Virus record (IMG/VR): IMGVR_UViG_3300045988_012809
Span: 1 to 30,079 of that record
Length of the DNA stretch: 30,079 nt
Source: a virus
Strand: one strand, 5' to 3'
The first letter of the stretch is position 1. Every line of letters starts with the position of its first letter. Under the pieces are notes generated by a model that had not been told where the DNA came from, searched no databases, and was given only the letters and a program-made list of their open reading frames with translations. This document shows positions 25,231 through 30,079 of the stretch, piece after piece. The translations under genes and the position numbers were made by a program.

Positions 25231-25261
25231 GGTAGTTCCTTTCAATCGGTGTTGACTTGGG

Positions 25262-25396
25262 TTAGTCCGTACATTTCTTCCTTGGTGGCTGACTGTGCAC
25301 GGCCAGCCTGTATCCGCAGTAGGGGCAGGTCACGTAATATGTGCCGACAACCTCTCCGCAGTGGGCGCATTCCACGCATCGGATCGCCTTGCTCAT
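25262..25396 (-). CDS. 44-aa zinc-ribbon protein (not in the ORF track)
   Basis: Hand translation: MSKAIRCVECAHCGEVVGTYYVTCPYCGYRLAVHSQPPRKKCTD. ATGA overlap with the upstream stop. SD GGAAGG. Confidence 0.55.
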   Translation of the reverse strand: MSKAIRCVECAHCGEVVGTYYVTCPYCGYRLAVHSQPPRKKCTD

Positions 25397-25707
25397 TCGG
25401 TTACCGCCTTCCGCGTGATTTCGAGCAGGTCTCGTGCTTTGTCAAGCCATTCGTCTTGCGCGTCACACGTTCCCATGTTCCGCCATAGGTTCTTCTCTTG
25501 TTCGGCTGGCGGCTCGGTCGGGAACCAGAGTGGCGGCTGTGAGAGGTAACACAGTCTTTTCGCCACGGCCTCGATCTCAACGGCGGTTGGTGGAGCGGAA
25601 CGTCCGGCCATGTACGCTGTACCGGCAAGCTCACGAACCGTCTGGGGAGTCAAATCATCATTCATGCCGTGCTCGTAAGCGTCGGCCTCGTCCTCCAGAA
25701 TGCTCAT
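25393..25707 (-). CDS. Hypothetical protein
   Basis: ORF in operon context with overlapping stop/start. Confidence 0.6.
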   Translation of the reverse strand: MSILEDEADAYEHGMNDDLTPQTVRELAGTAYMAGRSAPPTAVEIEAVAKRLCYLSQPPLWFPTEPPAEQEKNLWRNMGTCDAQDEWLDKARDLLEITRKAVTE

Positions 25708-25949
25708 TTCGTGTCCTCGCTTTGATTCGGTACTTCCGTGGGCATGTTGCCGGAATAGCCGAGCAGGGAACGGCAGTGATCGGCTGTCTTTTCGTATGCG
25801 TTGACTTGTCCCCTCATGACACCATATGCGTTCATGTCATGATGCATCAGAAGAGCGCTCGCCAGTCTCAGGCCTTCCGTTGCTAACTGTTCGCACCAGG
25901 CGATGATCTCGTTGAGCGTCTTGTCTTTCTCGGTGACGTTGGTAGCCAT
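25704..25949 (-). CDS. Hypothetical protein
   Basis: The ATG at 25949 overlaps the SSB stop (TGATG). The track ORF to 26021 would overlap ssb by 73 nt. Confidence 0.55.
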   Translation of the reverse strand: MATNVTEKDKTLNEIIAWCEQLATEGLRLASALLMHHDMNAYGVMRGQVNAYEKTADHCRSLLGYSGNMPTEVPNQSEDTK

Positions 25950-26395
25950 CAGAACACGTCCCATTCGTTGTCGGTCTGGTTGGATGAGTCGGTAGGGTCG
26001 AACTGGCCTGTTCCCGGCCATTGAGTGCCGGACTGCTGAGTCTGCTGGTTTTTCGCCTTGAGCAGGGCGAGACTAATGGTCGCGTGTTTGATGGTGAAGT
26101 CGGTGCGCGGCTGACCATGATTGTCGGTGCCGGTCTTCCATTTCAAGACTCCCTCGACTCGTACCGGTGTGCCCTTGCGCAACATGCGTCCGTAGGTTTC
26201 GGCAAGTCTCGGGTCATATTCGAAGATGGTTGCCCACATGGTGTCGTGGTCTACCCACTGTTTCGTGTTTTTGTCCATGTGGCCGCCTGTGGCGGCGACT
26301 CGGATAAGCATGTAGGGGGTGCCGTCGCTGGTCTGTTTGCGTTCGGGGTCTGCCGCCACGCGTGCGAGCGGTATCGTGATTCGGGGATCATTCAT
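25949..26395 (-). CDS. ssb: Single-stranded DNA-binding protein
   Basis: OB-fold-like N-terminus (ITIPLARVAADPE...GTPVRVEGVLKWKT), a Q/G/T-rich linker and an acidic tip DNEWDVF. Confidence 0.85.
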   Translation of the reverse strand: MNDPRITIPLARVAADPERKQTSDGTPYMLIRVAATGGHMDKNTKQWVDHDTMWATIFEYDPRLAETYGRMLRKGTPVRVEGVLKWKTGTDNHGQPRTDFTIKHATISLALLKAKNQQTQQSGTQWPGTGQFDPTDSSNQTDNEWDVF

Positions 26396-26570
26396 TGTTG
26401 ATTGTTTCTCCTATTGGTAGTGGTGTGATGTTGGGGTTGAAGTAGTAGCGGTTGCCTACCTTGATGTATGGCAGTCGTTTCTCTCGGCAGTATCTGCGGA
26501 CTGTTTGGATGTTGAGGTGCCAGCGTTCCGCGTATTGTTCCGTTGTTGCGGTGTAGTCTTTAGCGTTCAT
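26388..26570 (-). CDS. Excisionase/MerR-like HTH DNA-binding protein; first gene of the leftward operon
   Basis: AERWHLNIQTVRRYCREKRLPYIKVGNRYYF matches the HTH_17 / Xis-type pattern. Confidence 0.65.
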   Translation of the reverse strand: MNAKDYTATTEQYAERWHLNIQTVRRYCREKRLPYIKVGNRYYFNPNITPLPIGETINNE

Positions 26571-26576
26571 GATTTA

Positions 26577-26605
26577 AATATACATCAGATTGCGTTTGAT
26601 TGCAA
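26577..26605 (-). promoter_or_regulatory. Leftward promoter P-L: TTGCAA -17- TATATT, predicted leaderless
   Basis: -35 at 26605-26600 and -10 at 26582-26577. The A of the ATG at 26570 is the 7th nt after the -10 hexamer. Confidence 0.6.
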
Positions 26606-26628
26606 GTGGTGTCGCCGTGATATATAAT
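26600..26628 (+). promoter_or_regulatory. Rightward promoter P-R: TTGCAA -17- TATAAT
   Basis: It uses the same palindromic hexamer at 26600-26605 as its -35. The -10 is at 26623-26628. Confidence 0.6.
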
Positions 26629-26685
26629 AAATATGTATGCAAGGATAACGTTTAAATAAAAATCAAAGACAGTCAGAATAAAGTA

Positions 26686-26717
26686 AGCGCCTCCCTCGAG
26701 AGAATGAAGGAGGCGCT
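26686..26717. promoter_or_regulatory. 9-bp GC-rich hairpin in the replication gene leader
   Basis: agcgcctcc (14-nt loop) ggaggcgct. A T-rich tract follows only on the minus strand. Confidence 0.5.
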
Positions 26718-26735
26718 AACAGAAAGGATGGAAAC

Positions 26736-27617
26736 GTGTCCGATACGAGTATAGCACAGAACCCGGGTTTTTCCATGCTGCCGAATTGGGCGGTGGACGA
26801 TGACCGGTTGGGCGGCTACGACCTGCTGGTGTACATGGCGTTGATACGCCACGCCGACAACACCGGCGTCTGCTGGCCCAGCTTGGAGAGGCTGGCAAAG
26901 ATCGCGCGTTGCTCGCAGCCCACGGTGTCCAAGAGCCTCAACGTGCTCGAACAATTGGGGTACATCCGACGGGTCAAGTCCGATGGCAGGGCCAACCGGT
27001 ATCACGTCTCGCTGTGGAAGCCCACCCCAAAACCTGGTTATGACCATGCATCGACCCCAAAACCTGCTTTTGACCCCCCAAAACCTGCTTTTGACCCACC
27101 CCAAAACCTGCTTTTGACTAACAATACCCAAGAGAACAAAACCCAAGAACAATACTCGCGCGGAGAAGAAAAAATCACAGTCTCCTGCCATTCGGGGGAT
27201 ACTCTCAAGGCGCTTATGGGATTGTGGCCTAAGAAATGCAGGGTGTCCAACGAATTCATTCAGTGCTTCAATCAGGCGTTCGACGAGGTTGGTGCCGACG
27301 CGCTTATGAGGGCGGCGAAACGTTTCGTGGAATCGTGCGAGGGTACGCCGTTGCAGTATGTGCGGACTCTGCCCGTGTGGCTGGCTGACGTGGTTAATTG
27401 GAGGGGGCAGAAGCAGGAGAACCGCAGTGAAGCGCAGTTGTCGAATTGGATGGCCCGTAGGCTTCCTGATTCTATGGCCGCGGACGTGGAGATTGTTCTG
27501 CGGGCGAGACGCGCATATTGGGGTGGCCAAGGCGGTTTGATGGCGCTGGAACGGGAGTTCTTTCCGGACGGCACCGAACACGCCTCGATCCGACATACAA
27601 GGGAGCAACAGAGATGA
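26736..27617 (+). CDS. Replication initiator / replisome organiser with an N-terminal winged HTH (HTH_36-like)
   Basis: FSMLPNWAVDDDRLGGYDLLVYMALIRHADNTGVCWPSLERLAKIARCSQPTVSKSLNVLEQLGYIRR. GTG start. Contains internal DNA iterons. Confidence 0.7.
   Translation: MSDTSIAQNPGFSMLPNWAVDDDRLGGYDLLVYMALIRHADNTGVCWPSLERLAKIARCSQPTVSKSLNVLEQLGYIRRVKSDGRANRYHVSLWKPTPKPGYDHASTPKPAFDPPKPAFDPPQNLLLTNNTQENKTQEQYSRGEEKITVSCHSGDTLKALMGLWPKKCRVSNEFIQCFNQAFDEVGADALMRAAKRFVESCEGTPLQYVRTLPVWLADVVNWRGQKQENRSEAQLSNWMARRLPDSMAADVEIVLRARRAYWGGQGGLMALEREFFPDGTEHASIRHTREQQR
27025..27118 (+). repeat. Four direct 20-nt repeats CCCCAAAACCTG(C/G)TT(T/A)TGAC (iteron-like, candidate origin)
   Basis: Copies at 27025, 27055, 27076 and 27099. 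The last three are identical. Each contains CAAAA-n5-TTTTG dyad symmetry. Confidence 0.65.
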
Positions 27618-27991
27618 ACAACGCCAAAGAAATCACTCTCAAGCAAGTCCAAGACATGATTCACAGCATCGACACCAGTCTGATTCCAGAATGCCGTGAC
27701 TTCGACGCATACACCGAGACGGACGAGATATGGCGTATCGGAGACTACGGGTATGTTGACGCCGACGTGTACGAGCAGGCGTTCAGGGATTATGAGGAAC
27801 GTAACGGGGAGACCGAGTGGGCGCGCCCCATGTACGTTCTTGAGGGCAACCAGCCGAACCACCTCGAATACTTCGTGGAAGCGTACGATCTCGGCGGGAT
27901 GCCAATGCTGAACGGGCTTCTGGACGCCCAGTTCGACAACGGGAACGCGGATGAGGTGTATCTGACGAACGGCGAGGCATGGCCGATCTGA
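27614..27991 (+). CDS. Highly acidic 125-aa protein (unknown function)
   Basis: ATGA overlap with the rep stop. By eye, roughly 27 D/E against 7 K/R residues. Confidence 0.65.
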   Translation: MNNAKEITLKQVQDMIHSIDTSLIPECRDFDAYTETDEIWRIGDYGYVDADVYEQAFRDYEERNGETEWARPMYVLEGNQPNHLEYFVEAYDLGGMPMLNGLLDAQFDNGNADEVYLTNGEAWPI

Positions 27992-28001
27992 CTTGATGCA
28001 T

Positions 28002-28030
28002 GTCCTAGCGTCCTAGCCATACGTCCTAGC
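28002..28030 (+). repeat. Three exact GTCCTAGC octamers
   Basis: Copies at 28002-28009, 28010-28017 and 28023-28030. A degenerate copy ACGTCCGATTAGG lies at 28031-28043. Confidence 0.8.
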
Positions 28031-28073
28031 ACGTCCGATTAGGGCGCTGGAACATGTCCCCGCGTGTCGCTGA

Positions 28074-28112
28074 TTGCCTGACCCCACCATATGTGATATA
28101 TTATATATATCA
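28074..28112 (+). promoter_or_regulatory. Promoter P-B: TTGCCT -17- TGaTATATT plus conserved dyad
   Basis: -35 at 28074-28079, extended -10 at 28094-28102, 21-nt motif tgtgatatattatatatatca at 28092-28112. Confidence 0.6.
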
Positions 28113-28154
28113 AACAAACGGTTTGATCTTATACCATAAACGAGGAGTATCGAA

Positions 28155-28460
28155 ATGCGTAAAACACAATACTATGCCACTGCTCTCAAGGCAGCCGAAG
28201 CAGTACCGGTCATCACAAAAAAGCGTGCGGGAATCGAGGGCGTGGAATACGACATCGAGGAATACACAACGGCGGATGCGTATGATGATCCGTTTCCGCC
28301 GGCCGCGACGTGGTGCCCAGCATGGTTTGCCTATGGCAAGAGCTGGAAGACTCTTAAGGGTGCGCAACGCTTTTTGGCATTGCAGCTCCAATGTCACGGT
28401 AAGGGCCTTGCGGATTATGCGAGGCAGTTCCGCATCGTCGCCCGTAAGAGCGAGGCGTGA
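28155..28460 (+). CDS. Hypothetical protein
   Basis: SD GAGGAG lies 7 nt before the ATG. No recognisable motif. Confidence 0.65.
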   Translation: MRKTQYYATALKAAEAVPVITKKRAGIEGVEYDIEEYTTADAYDDPFPPAATWCPAWFAYGKSWKTLKGAQRFLALQLQCHGKGLADYARQFRIVARKSEA

Positions 28461-28521
28461 AGGCTGCCGAGATTGACGCTACCGCCCCCCCCAAGCAATG
28501 CCGAGAAATACAGACATCAGT

Positions 28522-28560
28522 TTGCAACATCACACAACATGTGATATACTTTATATATCA
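28522..28560 (+). promoter_or_regulatory. Promoter P-C: TTGCAA -17- TGaTATACT plus conserved dyad
   Basis: -35 at 28522-28527, extended -10 at 28542-28550, motif tgtgatatactttatatatca at 28540-28560. Confidence 0.6.
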
Positions 28561-28583
28561 TCACACTATCGGAAAGGAACCTT

Positions 28584-29210
28584 GTGATGGCAACCAACAA
28601 CCTAAGTAACAAGTTCATGCGGGTACTCAACGAAGTCCCCAACTTCGTCACCGACGAAACCGCGCAGGCAGGCAAAAAGACTTACAAGTACCTCAACCTC
28701 GCCACGATACTCAAGACCATCAAACCGGTTTTCGAGAAGTACGGGCTGGCATTCAGCCAGCGCGTCACGTTCGACAACACGGGAGAAGCGCGACAGGTCA
28801 TCGGAACAGTAGAAACCATCATATTCGACGATGAAGAACAGATGGTGGCCTGCTCCTACCCGTTCTTCGTGACCGGCGACCCCCAGCAGGTCGGCAGCGC
28901 AATCACCTACGCACGCCGCTACAGTCTCTACGCGGTATTGGGCATTTTCCCGGACAAGGACGATGACGGCGCGTATGCCAAACAACAATACGAAACCGCA
29001 GACCGTACCATCAGCGTCAACCAGTACGCCGATCTTGTCAAGGCGATGAACGCACACAACATCCCATCCGAGTCGCGCGGCGAATACATCAACAGCATCC
29101 TGAACCGTCAGGTCAGGGGATGGAAGGAACTCACGCAAACCGATTTCCGGAATCTGATGGACGGACTCACGGAAACCGATTTCCGGAATCTGATGAACTC
29201 AGCCAACTGA
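28584..29210 (+). CDS. erf: ERF-family single-strand annealing protein
   Basis: KYLNLATILKTIKPVFEKYGL...QQVGSAITYARRYSLYAVLGIFPDKDDDG (ERF hallmark). Starts at GTG 28584 or ATG 28587. Confidence 0.85.
   Translation: MMATNNLSNKFMRVLNEVPNFVTDETAQAGKKTYKYLNLATILKTIKPVFEKYGLAFSQRVTFDNTGEARQVIGTVETIIFDDEEQMVACSYPFFVTGDPQQVGSAITYARRYSLYAVLGIFPDKDDDGAYAKQQYETADRTISVNQYADLVKAMNAHNIPSESRGEYINSILNRQVRGWKELTQTDFRNLMDGLTETDFRNLMNSAN
29129..29195 (+). repeat. Tandem duplication with 36-nt period (31-nt cores, one mismatch) inside the erf 3' end
   Basis: actcacgcaaaccgatttccggaatctgatg at 29129-29159 and actcacggaaaccgatttccggaatctgatg at 29165-29195. They encode LTQTDFRNLMDG / LTETDFRNLMNS. Confidence 0.9.
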
Positions 29211-29212
29211 AC

Positions 29213-29725
29213 ATGAAAGGAACACAACCAATGTACGTCACACTGTACGCGGCAGACAGCCAACAAATCGTCCTCGACGCCATCAAGGACACCGAAGACG
29301 CCAAACCGCTGTTCATCAACCACTACACATTTGATGGGAACAAGACCAGTGTCATAAGCGAGGTGTTGGACGATATCCCGGAGTCAGTAGCTAAAGACCT
29401 GCTGGCCATCATCAAGTACGTCCACAAGTTCTACCCTGAATCAGGGCAAACTGACATGGAAACACCGGGTTGCAGCGCACTGGTCACGAGCATGGAACCT
29501 ATTCCATCGCACAGGGATGACGCCGATGGAATCGTGGGTGTATTCCAATTCGGAACCAAACTAAGTGATCTGAACATGTGTGTTCTGGACATGAATCGCG
29601 TCGACTTTGCCCATAGGCTCATCGACCACATGTATAAGTGCGTCAAGGCGTATATCGATGACCCGCGACCCATGTCGGAGAAGATGGGTGAAGAGATCGA
29701 AAAGGAATTGGAGAATCTGAAATGA
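29213..29725 (+). CDS. Hypothetical protein
   Basis: The ATG at 29213 lies just after the erf stop. An alternative ATG at 29231 has AAAGGA upstream. The track start at 29120 lies inside erf. Confidence 0.6.
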   Translation: MKGTQPMYVTLYAADSQQIVLDAIKDTEDAKPLFINHYTFDGNKTSVISEVLDDIPESVAKDLLAIIKYVHKFYPESGQTDMETPGCSALVTSMEPIPSHRDDADGIVGVFQFGTKLSDLNMCVLDMNRVDFAHRLIDHMYKCVKAYIDDPRPMSEKMGEEIEKELENLK

Positions 29726-29979
29726 ATCAACAGAAGAACAACAGCAAGAACAAGCCTTTCGGCGTAATCGACGCTATTCGATACATGATGTTCACGGCGA
29801 TGGGGCTGTTCATGTCAGGGGCCGGGTTCGGAGGATGCGTGGTCTGTTCCGTGGCTCAGGGGTGTTCTTGGAATATCGTGTTTCCCTGCCTGGCAATGGT
29901 GCTTATTGGGGCCATTGTGGTTATGCTCAGCGTCATCAACATGGTTGACGCCATAGGGTCCAGTAATGGGGGTGTGTGA
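29722..29979 (+). CDS. Small Cys-rich membrane protein with two TM segments
   Basis: ATGA overlap. Hydrophobic segments MMFTAMGLFMSGAGFGGCVVC and IVFPCLAMVLIGAIVVMLSVI. Confidence 0.6.
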   Translation: MNQQKNNSKNKPFGVIDAIRYMMFTAMGLFMSGAGFGGCVVCSVAQGCSWNIVFPCLAMVLIGAIVVMLSVINMVDAIGSSNGGV

Positions 29980-29999
29980 TTTTTCCGATACACGCCATG

Positions 30000-30039
30000 T
30001 TGCTCAACCCCACCACATTGTGATATATTATATATATCA
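30000..30039 (+). promoter_or_regulatory. Promoter P-A: TTGCTC -18- TGaTATATT plus conserved dyad; drives the exonuclease operon across the junction
   Basis: -35 at 30000-30005, extended -10 at 30021-30029, motif tgtgatatattatatatatca at 30019-30039. This motif is identical to the P-B copy. Confidence 0.55.
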
Positions 30040-30079
30040 GGCATGGTGCTTGATATATGACCGAAGGAGTCGAACACAA
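30025..30079. repeat. Right copy of the 55-nt terminal overlap (identical to 1-55)
   Basis: Same 55-mer as nt 1-55. It duplicates the 5' end of the exonuclease gene and part of its promoter. Confidence 0.95.

Larger units (their letters stand above)
1..30079. other. Complete circularly closed tailed-phage genome (siphovirus-type module order), unique length 30,024 bp
   Basis: Full set of packaging, head, neck, tail, lysis, recombination and replication genes. The window ends repeat its beginning exactly (55 nt). Confidence 0.85.

Noticed and set aside
26388-26570. Xis-like HTH as evidence of a lysogeny/integration module
   Set aside because: No tyrosine or serine recombinase motif appears in any ORF of the window, and no attP-like tRNA fragment was seen. 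The HTH alone does not indicate integration. Lifestyle remains undetermined.
27025-27118. Possible CRISPR-like array (regularly repeated 20-mers)
   Set aside because: The gaps between repeats are only 1-10 nt. The repeats lie inside an ORF with no cas genes nearby. The geometry fits iterons, not repeat-spacer units.
26673-27608. 311-aa minus-strand ORF spanning the replication gene
   Set aside because: Its product is Arg/His/Pro-rich with the translated iterons (SRFWGVKSRFWG). It would also run through the divergent promoter region. The plus-strand frame carries a recognisable winged-HTH initiator domain.
29960-29998. Weak hairpin plus T-run after the last gene of the erf operon, as a possible terminator
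   Set aside because: The stem is only 7 bp, needs a G-U pair and has a 12-nt loop. The T-run lies inside the loop rather than after the stem.

Overview
The window is a complete, circularly closed genome of a small siphovirus-type phage. Its unique length is 30,024 bp; nt 30025-30079 repeat nt 1-55 exactly. The host is almost certainly an actinobacterium. Three observations support this: a WhiB-family gene, extended -10 promoters, and a promoter placed to make a leaderless transcript. G+C is in the mid-50s % by eye.

Gene layout: One long minus-strand block runs from 26570 down to 3458.
- Leftward early genes: Xis-like HTH, SSB, several small zinc-ribbon or unknown proteins, WhiB, and a methyltransferase-remnant::RusA fusion.
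- Packaging genes: terS, then an unusual ParB-nuclease / soluble ABC-ATPase / GNAT insert, then terL.
- Head genes: a portal::MuF fusion, a Com-like zinc ribbon, and a prohead protease::scaffold::major capsid fusion.
- Neck and tail genes: neck proteins, an Ig-tagged major tail protein, two chaperone-position ORFs, tape measure, Dit, Tal, an S74-chaperone fibre and a receptor-binding candidate.
- A four-gene lysis cassette with a GH25 + 3xLysM endolysin.

The plus-strand early genes (26736 to 3364 across the junction) form five short units:
- a replication initiator with internal iterons plus a very acidic protein;
- one unknown gene;
- Erf plus two unknown genes;
- a YqaJ exonuclease through a winged-helix protein;
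- an XRE regulator through an HNH endonuclease.
Each unit is preceded by a sigma70/sigmaA-like promoter. Four of these share a 21-nt extended -10 / dyad motif.

No integrase, tRNA, CRISPR array or reverse transcriptase was found.

Most interesting items:
- the ParB/ABC-ATPase/GNAT module between terS and terL, with a canonical C_CCA_AAA -1 slippery site joining the ATPase and GNAT frames;
- two divergent promoters that share one palindromic -35 hexamer;
- the repeated promoter-operator motif;
- the intragenic iterons;
- a RusA gene that lost its start codon and is fused to a methyltransferase fragment inside a strongly strand-skewed 0.8-kb island.

All functional calls rest on motif recognition by eye. 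No database search was possible.
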